The position numbers were made by a program, and so were the translations under genes. From Macrostomum lignano (lineage: Eukaryota), in assembly GCA_002269645.1 (NCBI GenBank), contig NIVC01002005.1, forward strand, positions 130,050-194,049: a DNA stretch of 64,000 nucleotides, read 5' to 3'. Below are positions 1-14,732 of this stretch, one piece after another. Within the stretch, counting starts at the first letter, position 1, and every line of letters starts with the position of its first letter. The notes under the pieces are model-generated. The model saw nothing but the letters and a program-made list of their open reading frames with translations. It was not told the DNA's origin and searched no databases.

Positions 1-257
1 GACTAATTCGCACTAAATATAATCGAGAGTACGTAGGTAAGATTATATTGCAAGAATCGCATTGACCTGCTCAGCAAGTGTACACAGATTGGATCCGATT
101 AATAATCTTCTGTTTTGAAGGTAAGCTGTGTTGAATCCAATGCTGTGTTTAGCTGTTGTCTATAAATAAATGTGTAGCAGCGCTGTATTCCTTTTTAAGG
201 TCAAAACCGTGTATGCATGTACGAGCGTATAGTATAGGATGGGAAACGTGTAGCCTT

Positions 258-1170
258 TATCTCCCTTACCACTTCCCAATCTCCCTCATCTCCCTCATCA
301 CTCCCAATCTCCCTCATCTCCCTCACAACCTCCCTCATCCCTTTCCGAATCTCCCTCATCACTCCTAATCTCCCTCAATCTCCCTCATCTCTTTCCGAAT
401 CTCCCTCACTTTCCCAATCTCTCTCATCACTCCTAATCTCCCTCATCTCCCTCACAATCTCCCTCATCCCTTTTCAAATCTCCCTCACTTTCCCTATCTC
501 CCTCATCACTCCCAATCTCCCTCATCACTCCCAATCTCCCTCATCACTCCCAATCTCCCTCACTCTCCCAATCTCCCTCATCACTCCCAATCTCCCTCAC
601 TCTCCCAATCTCCCTCATCACTCCCAATCTCCCTCACTCTCCCAATCTCCCTCATCACTCCCAATCTCCCTCATCACTCTCCCAATCTCCCTCACTCTCC
701 CAATCTCCCTCATCACTCCCAATCTCCATCACTCTCCCAATACCCCTCATCACTCCCAATCTCCCTCATCACTCTCCGAATCTCCCTCACTTTCCCTATC
801 TCCCTCATCACTCCCAATCTCCCTCATCACTCCCAATCTCCCTCATCACTCCCAATCTCCCTCATCACTCCCAATCTCCCTCATCACTCCCAATCTCCCT
901 CACTCTCCCAATCTCCCTCATCACTCCCAATCTCCCTCACTCTCCCAATCTCCCTCACTTTCCATATCTCCCTCATCACTCCCAATCTCCCTCACTCTCC
1001 CAATCTCCCTCATCACTCCCAATCTCCCTCATCACTCTCCCAATCTCCCTCACTCTCCCAATCTCCCTCATCACTCCCAATCTCCATCACTCTCCCAATA
1101 CCCCTCATCACTCCCAATCTCCCTCATCACTCTCCGAATCTCCCTCATCACTCTCCGAATCTCCCTCACT
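258..1170. repeat. Minisatellite, ~18-19 bp unit (CTCCCTCATCACTCCCAAT variants)
   Basis: Tandem units visible directly; internal higher-order duplication (about 560-780 recurs at about 900-1140). Confidence 0.95.
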
Positions 1171-1919
1171 GTCCCATCCCTACCCCTCTAAAATCTACAC
1201 CCATTAGCCAGTTCCCTATTAATCTTTCCACTACTCTCAGCCCAGCCGCCCCCCTCGAGCATGGACTGTTGTCAAACCTTAGCGATGCATGTACTATTGC
1301 AGAAACAACGCAACGCTCATATACTCACACAAGCCTTGTACAATTTGATACAACAGTTTTAGATAATTCACAAATCCGTCTGGGAGGGCCCACGCGCAGA
1401 TATTACAATATGCTAATTCGCTAGCGATTCTGTTAGTCTTTGACTTCCCGACTGCTATTCGCATACTGCCGCTTACAACATCTATAAATATTTATAATGG
1501 ATTGGGGATAGACAGATCAAAAATATTACAGCACTGCTCCTAATAGACGGCCGGTGGGGGGGGGGAATATTTTTTGGACTGCTCGGTGCTTGTAGTGCGA
1601 CAGATTTATTAGGCCTAACCGCATAGCACAGCGCCATCCCATTACCAGTCTCAATTGGAGCATATAGGGGCCTATTATTAAGTACACTGCTGTCTAAGTG
1701 GTGTAGCCCGGCTACTATAAGACTCGCATAACTACGAGCTACTTGATATAGCTGAGAAAATCGGTCAGATATGTAGAAAAAGCAAACAGAGGGGAAACAT
1801 CGCCTGCCTGCCTGTTTTACTTAGGCTGCAATTATCCTTAAAATTTTTATAGATTTTGTGTTCTCTATCAGATTATTATATCATTCTTGTGTTGCCAGCT
1901 GCGTGTAAACTTACTTCTA

Positions 1920-2090
1920 GCCCCCTGACACCAGGGTTTGGCTCCCTCTCTGACACCAGGGTTTGGCCCCATCTCTGACACCAGGGTTTAGCCCCCTCTC
2001 TGACACCAGGGTTTAGCCCCCTCTCTGACACCAGGGTTTGGCGCCCCTCTTTGACAGCAGGGTTTGGCGCCCCCCCCCCCTGACACCAGG
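1920..2090. repeat. Minisatellite, ~25 bp unit (CCCCTCTCTGACACCAGGGTTTGG)
   Basis: About 6-7 degenerate tandem copies. Confidence 0.9.
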
Positions 2091-2654
2091 ACAAATTTCT
2101 GGCATCAGTTTTAGTTACTTAAGCACGAACTTAAACTTGGTGCATAATAAACTTTTTAGATTTTAGAGTGATCCGAGCAATGCTTTTTAATAGCCATTTG
2201 ATTGTCTGATCTGTCAGCTTACTGTCTGTCCATTTCCTGGTGTTTATTATCAAATTTCTTGGTCATAAAAAAAACAAATATTTATTTTATATTCGTGAGC
2301 AAAATCGATGACGTTAACCGAAATAGACATTTTTTATTTTGCGTGAATAATAATATAATATTATTTTGCTCGAGTTTATATTGGTTATATTGGTTCATGT
2401 AAATACTACACTTCTGCCAGTCTGGCTCTAAGGACTCACTCTTATCTGTATATTCGCTTTAGCCATCTATAGTCTTTATACATGTATACACAGTTTTGGG
2501 ACTCAATCTCAACCCGGGCATTGCTGCGCTTTGAATTGCGAGGCGTCTTTATCGGTTTTATTGCCTGTCAGTCAAAATCGTGTCCGTATATTGATAGGTA
2601 TGGAATTTTCTGCTCCTGCTGCCGCATGCCTTTTATGTGCAACTCGCGGGCTAA

Positions 2655-3104
2655 GCTGGGGACTGGGGAGACGGGACTGAGCAGATGGGACTGGGCAGAT
2701 GGGACTGGGCAGATGGGACTGGGCAGATGAGACTGGGGAGACGGGACTGGGCAGATGGGACTGGGGAGACGGGACTGGGCAAATGGGACTGGGCAGATGG
2801 GACTGGGCAGATGGGACTCGGCAGATGGGACTGGGCAGATGGGACTGGGCAGATGGGACTGGGCAGATGGGACTGGGCAGATGGGACTGGGGAGACGGGA
2901 CTGGGGAGACGGGACTGGGGAGACGGGACTGGGGAGACGGGACTGGGCAGATGGGACTGGGCAGATAGGACTGGGGAGACGGGACTGGGCAGATGGGACT
3001 GGGGAGACGGGACTGGGTAAATGAGACTGGGGAGACGGGACTGGGCAGATGGGACTGGGGAGACGGGACTGGGCAGATGGGACTGGGGAGACTGGACTGT
3101 GGAG
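2655..3104. repeat. Minisatellite, 14 bp unit (GGGACTGGGCAGAT / GGGACTGGGGAGAC)
   Basis: About 30 tandem copies of two variant types. Confidence 0.95.
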
Positions 3105-4146
3105 AATGGGGACTAAGGAGAAGGGACTGATAAGACGGGAATAAGGAGAAGGGACTGATAAGACGGGACTAAGGAGAAGGGACTGATAAGACGGGACTAA
3201 GGAGAAGGGACTGATAAGCCGGGGACTAAGGAGAAGGGACTGATAAGACGGGACTAAGGAGAAGGGACTGATCAGACGGGGACTAAGGAGAAGGGACTGA
3301 TAAGACGGAAACAAGGAGAAGGGACTGATAAGACTGAGACTAAGGAGAAGGGACTGATAAGACGGAAATAAGGAGAAGGGACTGATAAGACAGGAATAAG
3401 GAGAAGGGACTGATAAGACGGGAATAAGGAGAAGGGACTGATAAGCCGGGAATAAGGAGAAGGGACTGATAAGCCGGGGACTAAGGAGAAGGGACTGATA
3501 AGCCGGGAATAAGGAGAAGGGACTGATAAGACGGGACTAAGGAGAAGGGACTGATAAGACGGAAACAAGGAGAAGGGACTGATAAGACGAGACTAAGGAG
3601 AAGGGACTGATAAGACGGAAACAAGGAGAAGGGACTGATAAGACGGGACTAAGGAGAGGGGACTGATAAGCCGGGACTAAGGAGAAGGGACTGATAAGCT
3701 GGGACTAAGGAGAAGGGACTGATAAGCCGGGACTAAGGAGAAGGGACTGATAAGCCGGGGACTAAGGAGAAGGGACTGATAAGACGGGAATAAGGAGAAG
3801 GGACTGATAAGACGGAAACAAGGAGAAGGGACTGATAAGCCGGGACTAAGGAGAGGGGACTGATAAGCCAGGACTAAGGAGAAGGGACTGATAAGCCGAG
3901 ACTAAGGAGAAGGGACTGATAAGCCGGGACTAAGGAGAAGGGACTGATAAGCTGGGACTAAGGAGAAGGGACTGATAAGCCGGGACTAAGGAGAAGGGAC
4001 TGATAAGCCGGGGACTAAGGAGAAGGGACTGATAAGACGGGAATAAGGAGAAGGGACTGATAAGCCGGGGACTAAGGAGAAGGGGCTGATAAGCCGGGAA
4101 TAAGGAGAAGGGACTGATAAGACGGAAACAAGGAGAAGGGACTGAG
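3105..4146. repeat. Minisatellite, ~28-29 bp unit (GGGACTAAGGAGAAGGGACTGATAAGAC)
   Basis: About 36 tandem copies, directly fused to the 14-bp array and sharing GGGACT. Confidence 0.95.
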
Positions 4147-5185
4147 AATACTAAGTGGATATAGTAGTAACTGATTTCAAATGGCATCCTTGGCTCTAAA
4201 AATTTCATAGATTTTAGAAAGGTTCTAAAAGACAAACCTATATTGAGCATAGATTGACCATCCGTGATTTCACCGATGGACAGCTGCAATAGTCGTGCAC
4301 CCGATCTGGTTTGAAGAAAGCGTCTAAATTAAACAACAAGTTAGACTTGAACTTGGAGTATAAGGGGCAGAATCGAGAAGACCCGGGACACAGGAGCAGC
4401 AACTCTGGAGATGAGACACTGATCAGGGAGAGGAGGGGTGAAATTTTCTGTCTGTCTGTCTGGTCTCTGCTTTTTCTTCTGCTTGAGAATCTGCGGCAAG
4501 CTGCATAGCATGTCCTTGAGTTTATACAGCAGACGGCTTTTTGAATTGACTTCTGTCAGCTCCTGCAGCTTGGGGTCTCTTAAAAGTCTCAACACCACCC
4601 GACCGACTCCAGCAGCTCCTGCATGGCAGGGGATTATCGTCTCAGACTGCCGGCTTTTCCTCTCCCCTCGCTCCTGAAAAAATCCCTATTGAAACAAGCT
4701 GCTCCTAGTAGAATTTTTGCAGAAGACAATTCTGACTTTTGCTAAGCCAGGAAACTTAAGAGAGAACAGCTTCTAGTTTCTGGGCTCTTGTCACACTGGG
4801 GGGGGGGGCTTAGCCTGTCTTCCTACAGTTTCTGATTACTTTTTTATCTGTCTTAATCCATTTTGAATTGCTTCTTTAGTCTTGAAAACTTTTCTGTCCT
4901 TTTGTACGAGTTGAAAATCTTTTTTAAAGGGCGTTGACAAGTAATGTTCGAAAATTGAATATGATGGATCTTAATTTGATGCCCGAAGTGTCAAAGTGTT
5001 AACTAGAAATGCTGTCTTTCATTTTAGTCTTTAGCGACCTTTTCATTCAGATTAGGCTTTTGTTTCTTTTACTAGCATACATTGGGTTTCAATAGTTGTC
5101 AACTTAGAGAACGTTGGATTTAAATCTGATAAAAATTCATGCATCGAATCTGTCAAATTTTGGACAATCAATCAAATCACAATCA

Positions 5186-5807
<622 letters not shown>

Positions 5808-6096
5808 TGACATAGCTTATAGTCTTCGAATTCACTAAGCGTGTTTTCAGAGAAACTGAATCCCGTTTCCAAGTAAAATCCAGACTAATGTCAGCACTAT
5901 AAGTGAAACACTGTGCCGTGTAAGTTGGCAGTAGCGGTGCTCTCACAGAAGCCCTCAAGTCTGTCCGCGACCCTCCACCGCAGCTGTTGCCATGCAGGCG
6001 TGAAAATCTTTTTTTAACCGAGAAAATTATTCAGAACTTCAGTTACTTTCTACAGCGTTGCTTCACACTCACGCCATTGTCAACAGGCGCTGCCCG

Positions 6097-6570
6097 ATGA
6101 CCGACTCCGATCGAGAGACACTTTTGCGAGCCCTGGACACCGGAGCCCAAGCCGGAGGCGATGTCGCACATCCCAATGCCAGCTCTGGCAACCAGATGTA
6201 CTTCTACGCTACAGCAAGCAGTGGTCTCAATGCCAGCTTGTTCAACGCTAACAGGTCGTCTGGTTTAGGGTCAACTGCGGCTGGAGCTTCTGCCACATCG
6301 CTGGTGTACAACGCAACCTCCTCGTTCAACGGTGCGGTTTGGGCTAACGCGTCAACAAGCCCACCACCGGCTCTAGAGGAGGAGTACCATTTCTGGGTTC
6401 TGGTGATGCTGCTGGTGCCAGCTTTGACCATATTTGGCAACATCCTGGTCGTGTTGGCAGTCTGTAGAGAGCGGAGTCTGCAGAGTGCCACAAATTATTT
6501 CATTGTATCATTGGCGTTTGCGGATATCCTGGTGGCATCCATTGTTATGCCCGTGTCCGTTATTGTTGAG
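6097..6570 (+). CDS. DRD2: D2-like dopamine receptor (class A aminergic GPCR), exon 1: N-terminus with several N-glycosylation sequons, TM1-TM2
   Basis: ATG at 6097 ([10 protein letters not shown]); [39 protein letters not shown]; phase-0 donor GAG|gtgagc at 6570/6571. Symbol means DRD2/Dop2R-like; an upstream exon via acceptor 6055 cannot be excluded. Confidence 0.9.
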
Positions 6571-6631
6571 GTGAGCGACTGGGTGCGACTGGGGTCCGAT
6601 CTGAGCGCTGTCGGGCATTTGCTCGTAGCAC

Positions 6632-7222
6632 TGACACTTGGGTTTTAGCCCTGACACTTTGGGTTTTAGTCCTGACAGTTTCCGGTGTTTAGCCCCGACA
6701 CTTTGGGTTTTAGTCTTGACACTTTCCGGTGTTTAGCCCTGACACTTTGGGTTTTAGCTCTGACACTTAGGTTTTTAGCCCTGACACTTAGGTTTTAGCC
6801 CTGACACGTGGGTTTTAGTCCTGACACTTTCCGGTGTTTAGCCCTGACACTTGGGTTTTAGTCCTGACACTTTCCGGTGTTTAGCCCTGACACTTTGGGT
6901 TTTAGCCCTGACACTTAGGTTTTTAGCCCTGACACTTAGGTTTTAGCCCTGACACTAGGGTTTTAGTCCTGACACTTTTCGGTGTTTAAGCCCTGACACT
7001 TGGGTTTTAGTCCTGACACTTTCCGGTGTTTAGCCCTGACACTTTGGGTTTTAGCCCTGACACTTAGGTTTTTAGCCCTGACACTTAGGTTTTAGCCCTG
7101 ACACTTGGGTTTTAGTCCTGACACTTTTCGGTGTTTAAGCCCTGACACTTGGGCTTTAGTCCTGACACTTTTGGGTTTTCAGCCCTGACACTTTTGGGTT
7201 TTTAGCCCTGACTTTCTGGGTT
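6632..7222. repeat. Minisatellite, ~19-21 bp unit (CCCTGACACTTGGGTTTTAG)
   Basis: About 28 copies starting ~60 nt after the exon 1 donor. Confidence 0.95.
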
Positions 7223-7659
7223 TCTGGGTTGTGATGACAGTCCCAAAGATTTGTCAAGAAAAACAATAATATTATATAAGCGTTGAACTTCAAATTGACT
7301 GTCAAAATTCGCTCAGAACGCTTCACACAGCGACTCAATGGTGGCTGCACACCACACAAAAGCTTCGTACAGATTGGTTGATTGCCAACTCGTGGTTTGA
7401 AATAGTATAGAAGTTTTTTGAAATTAATCGATACTCATTTCCTTGCCAAAATACTCACAATTATAAAAAGCAGTATTGCGCTCTTTAAAATTAGTGAATT
7501 ATAAGCTTCAATGACAGGCAGGAACAATTCTGCTGGTTTAAATATTCTTGTCTGTGATCTGCCCTGCCAGTCAGTATTGAAATATTGATTTATTGCACTT
7601 TTTGGCAGCCATTTCCACTGATAAACCCGTATCTATAATACACTTCCTGCGAGTGCCTT

Positions 7660-7701
7660 TAGCTCTCTCCTCAACCTCTCCTTCTCACCCCTTGTCCCTC
7701 T

Positions 7702-7740
<39 letters not shown>

Positions 7741-7741
7741 C

Positions 7742-7788
<47 letters not shown>

Positions 7789-8050
7789 TCTTAATTTCTC
7801 TTATCCTTCTCCCTCTCACCCTCCTATCCTTCTCCCTCTCACCCTCCTCCCTCTCACCCTCTCTCCCTCTCTCCCTCTCTCCCTCTCCTTCTCCCTCTCA
7901 CCCTCTCTCCCTCTCCCTCTCTACCTCTCCCTCTCTACCTCTCCTCCTCTCAGCCTCTCCCCTCTCACCCTCCTCCCTCTCTCCCTCTCACCTCACCCCT
8001 CCCTCTCCCCTCTCTTCTCTCTCCCTCTCTCCCTAGTTCTCCCTCTCACC
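7660..8050. repeat. CT-rich low complexity / (CT)n
   Basis: Direct inspection. Confidence 0.9.
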
Positions 8051-8801
8051 ATCCCATCTCCGATTTCTCATTTCTCATTCTCCTCACTCACTATCCCTGG
8101 ACCATCCCCATCTTAAGCTATGCTACCCTTAAAAAATCTTTAAAAATCGATACGTTCGCTAGATTAGCAATCCACACCATAAATACTCAGCTTACTCCTC
8201 TTCCTCCCTTCGAGATTCGAAGCGATTCAACTCGGAGTAATATTCGTTTTATCCGGTCATATCGCAACCCTCCTTCCTCCCCTCCCTCTCCCTCTGTGGC
8301 GATCGCTATTCCCCGGCTCCTCCCTGTAATTGACTTTGGCTACCGCAACTAGTGGCCAGCAACCCATTGGCACCGTTGGTAGCTCTGCTCGCTGGATTTT
8401 TTAGCTTCCAAGCTATAACTGTTTATAAATATAAGTTGTACGCACGCACACACACACCATACAAGCCTTGCTTGCTCTGTGCACCCAACCCCACCAACCT
8501 CGCCATACTCTGCCCTAAAATCAATTTTGTTCCATAAAAAGCCCAGTCCTCTATGCGGCTACCGTATCCTCCCCCTACGGTCCTTAATAACTCCCCAAGC
8601 TGCACCGGCACCCCCACAAGTAGACTCAAAAATATATGCCGCCTGCGAACTCGAAGAGGGGGGCGTTGCTACCGGATTGCCGCTAACAAAACTCGTTTCC
8701 AGGACTTCTTAGCCTTGACATATTTTAGTACCTCGTACGTGTGCACGCTGTTGCTAGGTAGCCACGGGGTTTGGGGTCATTTCGAAACGGTATGCATTCG
8801 T

Positions 8802-9300
8802 AGTCTCTCCTCTCTATCCTACCATCTCTATTCTCTCCTCTCTATCCTACCTACCATCTCTAGTCTCACCTGTCTACCCTACCATCTCTTGTCTCTCCTC
8901 TCTATCCTACTTACCATCTCTAGTCTCACCTGTCTACCCTACCATCTCTTGTCTCTCCTCTCTACCCTACCTACCATCTCTAGTCTCACCTGTCTACCCT
9001 ACCACATCTAGTCTCTACTCTCTACCCTACCACCTCTAGTCTCTCCTCTCTATCCTACCACCTCTAGTCTCACCTGTCTACCCTACCATCTCTAGTCTAC
9101 TCTCTAATCTACCATCTCTAGTCTCTCCTCTCTACCCTACCATCTCTAGTATCTCCTCTGTACCCTACCACATCTAGTCTCTCCTCTCTACCCTACCACC
9201 TCTAGTCTCTCCTCTATCCTACTATCTATAGTCTCTCCTCTCTACCCTACCATCTCTAGTATCTCATCTCTATCCTACCATATCTAGTCTCTCCTCTCTA
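8802..9300. repeat. Degenerate ~27-31 bp minisatellite (TCTAGTCTCTCCTCTCTACCCTACCAT)
   Basis: Tandem copies visible. Confidence 0.9.
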
Positions 9301-9989
9301 ACCCCTCTCATTTCAAGTGCGCCAGTTTCTTCCCAAGTGCTTCTCTTCTCCCCCTTAAGTCTGCAACAGCGAGTAGAAAAAGTATTTTACCCCGTCTCCC
9401 ACCCTCCCAAGAAAATTAGTAGCATTCTAAGTTTAGAAATCTGCTCTTCTCCCATCCCGGGCGAATCCTCCCATGCCGGAAGATGAATGATGTGGCCATC
9501 AGAATAGCAACTGGTTGGATTGGCTCAGCTTGAGCAAGGGAGAAGCATTCCCTCCTGATCTTCCTTTCCCCTTAGCTGTTTCTTCCCCAAGCCCATATTC
9601 TCCCAAAATGTTGGTATTGGACGCGGCGAGCTAAAGATGAGAGAGCATTTTTAAAACTAGTATAGTCATGCTAGCTGGACATGAGCACAATTAAGTAGGT
9701 ATAAGCTAGGAATTCTGGAGTCGGAGCCTTCCTAGTGCCAAGTCCATGCTAAAATGTATGCATACATCTATATATATCTGTATATATAAAGTCAAACACT
9801 CTGCTCAAGAATAGTCTCTTAGAGTGTCGCTTGATTTGTTGCTATATATCAATCAATAATTTGCAACAGCTATTTTTTTAGTATTTTATAATACTCCTAG
9901 GGTGCACATTTATGCAATTCTTTTAGTGATTCTAAATAATCTTACTGTCACTCATTCATATGACTGAAAACTGGCGTCTTGAGTCCACA

Positions 9990-10432
9990 TCGTGACCAGT
10001 AAACAGAACTCTACGACCAGTTAACAGAACTCTATGAGCAGAAAGCAGAACTCTATGACCAGTAAACAGAACGCTATGACCAGTAAACAGAACGCTATGA
10101 TCAGTAAACAAAACGCTATGATCAGTAAACAGAACTCTTTGATCAGTAAACAGAACGCTATGATCAGTAAACAAAACGCTATGATCAGTAAACAGAACTC
10201 TTTGATCAGTAAACAGAACGCTATGATCAGTAAACAGAACGCTATGATCAGTAAACAGAACTCTATGATCAGTAAACAGAACTCTATGATCAGTAAAAAG
10301 AACTCTATGATCAGTAAACAGAACGCTATGATCAGTAAACAGAACTCTATGACTAGAAACAGAACTCTATGACTAGAAACAGAACTCTATGACTAGAAAC
10401 AGAACTCTATGACTAGAAACAGAACTCTATGA
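9990..10432. repeat. Minisatellite, 21 bp unit (ATGATCAGTAAACAGAACGCT)
   Basis: About 20 copies. Confidence 0.95.
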
Positions 10433-11362
10433 TTTCGCATTGCAGATAAGAAATTAAAACGAACAGATAGCATGCTGAACTCTCTTCTTTCCATCTCCCC
10501 TCTACCCCTCTCCCTTCTCCTTCCCTCCCATCTCCCTTATCCCCTCTCTCCTTTCTCCTCTCTACCCCTTCCTCTCCATCTTGAGCTTCTTATCTTCCGC
10601 CATACTCCTCTTTCTACTTGCCCTCTCCTCTCCCTCCCCAATCTCCTAGTTATTTATCGTCACCAATTTCTAACTTTTAAGACTCCAGTCTCTTTATTCT
10701 CATTTATACTCAAATTACGAGTTTGCTCTCCTCACCTCATCCTTGCCCCTCACACCAGCGGCTTCCTGCCTCCAGCTTTCGCCACGCGAGAAGGCAAATG
10801 AAGCAATACGAGTATTAAGCAGGCAGATTTATGCCTGGCAGTTACAGAAGTTAATTTACAGTGAAATATAGCCCATTAAAGTACGAGTATTAATATAATG
10901 AGTCGCCTAAGTTTTTTTTCACCGATTCTTATCTGGGCCAGTCACGCGAAAGGATACAATTTGATTTATATATTTCTAATACTTTTCTTCAGCTAGCGAT
11001 TGCTCTAGTTTTCCGTGCTTAAAAGTACAAGCAAGTCAAGAATAGGTACCGTTTTTCTCTAAGCTGTTTATTTAGAATTTGAAAATACGCACATTTACCC
11101 TAAGCGAGTGGTTTTAAACAAACCGGTTTTTCACTTCCTGTCAGCGAGATGAGGAAAATCTGCAGTAGCCGCGCCTTTCAGCAAAGTCTTTGACTAGAAA
11201 AGAAAGTTTAACAATTCACGTTGCGGGGCTGGATGACGTTCGGGGAAAGTTGAAGGGGCTGGTGTCGTCACAGCCATGGTTGTCTTTGACTTCTGCAAGT
11301 AGCATTCTTTGCTCTTGTCACTCTGTGCGTGAGTTGCCTTCTCACTCAATGACAAATACTTT

Positions 11363-12785
11363 TCAATAAAGTTTGATACTTTCCTGTCACTCCCAAATTC
11401 ATATTTTTTGTCAATCTAATTTGATACTTTCTTGTCACTCCAGTTGGATACTTTCTTGTCACTCCAGTTGGATACTTTCTTTTCACTCCAGTTGGATAAT
11501 TTCTTGTCACTCCAGTTGGATACTTTCTTGTCACTCCAGTTGGATACTTTCTTGTCACTCCAGTTGGATACTTTCTTGTCACTCCAGTTGGATACTTTCT
11601 TGTCACTCCAGTTGGATAATTTCTTGTCACTCCAGTTGGATACTTTCTTGCCACTCCAGTTGGATACTTTCTTGTCACTCCAGTTGGATAATTTCTTGTC
11701 ACTCCAGTTGGATAATTTCTTGTCACTCCAGTTGGATACTTTCTTGTCACTCCAGTTGGATACTTTCTTGCCACTCCAGTTTGATAATTTATTGTCACTC
11801 CAGTTGGATACTTTCTTGTCACTCCAGTTGAATACTTTCTTGTCACTCCAGTTGGATACTTTTTTTCACTCCAGTTTGATAATTTCTTGTCACTCCAGTT
11901 GGATAATTTATTGTCACTCCAGTTTGATAATTTCTTGTCACTCCAGTTGGATACTTTCTTGTCACTCCAGTTTGATAATTTCTTGTCACTCCAGTTGGAT
12001 ACTTTCTTGTCACTCCAGTTTGATAATTTCTTGTCACTCCAGTTGGATACTTTCTTGTCACTCCAGTTGGATAGTTTCTTGTCACTCCAGTTAGATAATT
12101 TCTTGTCACTCCAGTTGGATAATTTCTTGTCACTCCAGTTTGATAATTTCTTGTCACTCCAGTTGGATAATTTCTTGTCACTCCAGTTTGATAATTTCTT
12201 GTCACTCCAGTTGGATACTTTCTTGTCACTCCAGTTGGATACTTTCTTGTCACTCCAGTTGGATACTTTTTTTCACTCCAGTTTGATAATTTCTTGTCAC
12301 TCCAGTTGGATAATTTATTGTCACTCCAGTTTGATAATTTCTTGTCACTCCAGTTGGATACTTTCTTGTCACTCCAGTTTGATAATTTCTTGTCACTCCA
12401 GTTGGATACTTTCTTGTCACTCCAGTTTGATAATTTCTTGTCACTCCAGTTGGATACTTTCTTGTCACTCCAGTTGGATAGTTTCTTGTCACTCCAGTTA
12501 GATAATTTCTTGTCACTCCAGTTGGATAATTTATTGTCACTCCAGTTTGATAATTTCTTGTCACTCCAGTTGGATACTTTCTTGTCACTCCAGTTTGATA
12601 ATTTCTTGTCACTCCAGTTTGATAATTTCTTGTCACTCCAGTTGGATACTTTCTTGTCACTCCAGTTGGATACTTTCTTGTCACTCCAGTTTGATAATTT
12701 CTTGTCACTCCAGTTTGATAATTTCTTGTCACTCCAGTTGGATACTTTCTTGTCACTCCAGTTGGATACTTTCTTGTCACTCCAG
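11363..12785. repeat. Minisatellite, 24 bp unit (TTCTTGTCACTCCAGTTGGATACT) with a ~407 bp higher-order duplication
   Basis: About 58 copies; ORFs at 11887 and 12294 begin with identical variant order. Confidence 0.97.
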
Positions 12786-13055
12786 CTTTCTCCTTGGCAA
12801 GCTTTGATATTTTCTGTCACTTCGGATTCCAAGAGTATCTCTTACTTTATTCTAATAAGAATACCCTTGTCACTATCTAGAATCGTCTTGGCACTTCAGT
12901 CTGAGATGGATGGGTGAATCCATCACAAAAAATATTATATTTACACTTAAAACATTAAGCAGATTCTATCTAAGTGGCCACATAAATTCCCCCATTTTTC
13001 TGTCGTTTAAAATCCCAATAAAATCTGCCGCTTCCCCACCCCCTTGCAAACTCAG

Positions 13056-13168
13056 GTGCGCAACGGCCACTGGGATTTCTCTGACCTTCTGTGCGACCTG
13101 TGGATCATGTGTGACGCATTGTTCAGCACCGCCTCCATTCTTAACCTGGTCGCCATCAGCATCGACAG
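13056..13168 (+). CDS. DRD2: D2-like dopamine receptor exon 2 (ECL1-TM3)
   Basis: ctcag|VRNGHWDFSDLLCDLWIMCDALFSTASILNLVAISIDR|gtgagt; 113 nt, phase 0 to 2; contains D3.32. Not in the supplied ORF track in this frame. Confidence 0.92.
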
Positions 13169-13199
13169 GTGAGTGGTCGGGCCATTGCGTCTGATTTGT

Positions 13200-13510
13200 T
13201 TTTGTAGTTTTAGAAATCCTTAGGGTGAGATTTTGTAGTTTTATAAATCCTTAAGGTGAGATTTTGTAGTTTTCTAAATCATTAGGGTGAGATTTTGTAG
13301 TTTTGGAAATCCTTAAGGTGAGATTTTGTAGTTTTCTAAATCATTAGGGTGAGATTTTGTAGTTTTGGAAATCCTTAGGGTGAGATTTTGTAGTTTTCTA
13401 AATCCTTAGGGTGGGATTTTGTAGTTTTAAAAGTCCTTAGGGTGAGTAGTTTTATAAACCATTAGGGTGAGGTTTTGTAGGTTTCTAAATGCTCAGGGTG
13501 AGATTTTGTC
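13200..13510. repeat. Minisatellite, ~31 bp unit (TAGGGTGAGATTTTGTAGTTTTCTAAATCCT)
   Basis: About 10 copies starting ~30 nt after the exon 2 donor. Confidence 0.9.
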
Positions 13511-14732
13511 TTAAAATGAGATTCCTCCTGTGATGAGATTATATTGTACTTGTAGTTTTCGTTTCTTTATCCGGACTGCAAAATTGTGATTTGTTTTACT
13601 TTTCCAAGAATACCGGAATGATTTTGTTGTGCCGTCCCGTCTAGCAATTTACAAGCTTCATTTTTCCCATTGAATTCCCACAGTCCCGCATTCATGATTG
13701 ACTTCCTCTCAGAAGGGAATCATTTCTGAAAACAATAAATATTAAATTTCATGTCGTCAAAACATTCTAAATAATCCTATGGGTCGGTGACCTGGTTTCC
13801 CTCTCGGGGTCTCTTTTAGAATTTTCCCCTTCGACCGGATTCTAAAAAGCTGCGCACTGAAAGAAATCGCCTTCTAACTTTTTTATTTTGCTTTTCTAAA
13901 GTTACTTTTTTATTCCCTCAAGAGTCGAGGCGCCTCTCGATCTGCGGGTCCATAGTCTGCTTTCCAGAACTCTCTCCCCCCTTATCCCACTCTCCTTTCC
14001 CGTTAATTTGGCATTCATGAGATACTGGAGGCCATCCATTCCCCCCGAAACTCTTCGAAATCGAATATTCCTGGGATCTTGTCGCTTCTTAGAAGCCGAA
14101 CTTCCTTGGCAGTTTGTTTTAACTGTCCGGGTCAATTATCTGTCAACGAATATTTGTGCCTGTGTTTTTTTTTTAAAGTTTTCAAAAAAGACACAATCTC
14201 AAATCTGAATATGATTTGTTATGAGATTCGGATTAGCAGAAATCCCAGTTGCTATGGGCATCTCTCTGGGGAACTCGCTGCAGTTCCCGCTCTGCACTGG
14301 GGTGATGGGGTGGCAGCTGCCGAAACTCAATCAACTCGAGCTTGCATCATCCCGTTGCTAGCCAGATATAATGAGAAAAAAATAATTTTTTCTTATAATT
14401 AAAGTCGACAGACAGAATACTGCTGAAGGGTCCTAATCCACTGCGTTGAAAAGTTTTACTGTCTCAAAAAATTGAATGTTTTTTTAATAACGAGAATTCT
14501 ACCGCTTTCAACTGTCTACCGGTAGAGTTGCTATAGCCATGGACAAGAACTCAGGCATCAAGGTGCGACAGCTGAGCAATTGTTGGCACCTAGTGTCGTG
14601 GGGGCCCGAAGCACTACTCAACTTACTTTTATTGATAAGAAGAGATTAAAATGCCCCAAATCATTCTTTTTTTAATGAGCCTGAGTCATTGTTCACTGGG
14701 AATCGATTCATTGTGGGGGTGCGTCTTTGGCG

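Noticed and set aside
9956-12917. MISKQNA and SLQLDTFL/TGVTRKYP ORFs
   Set aside because: Stop-free frames of 21- and 24-bp intronic arrays.
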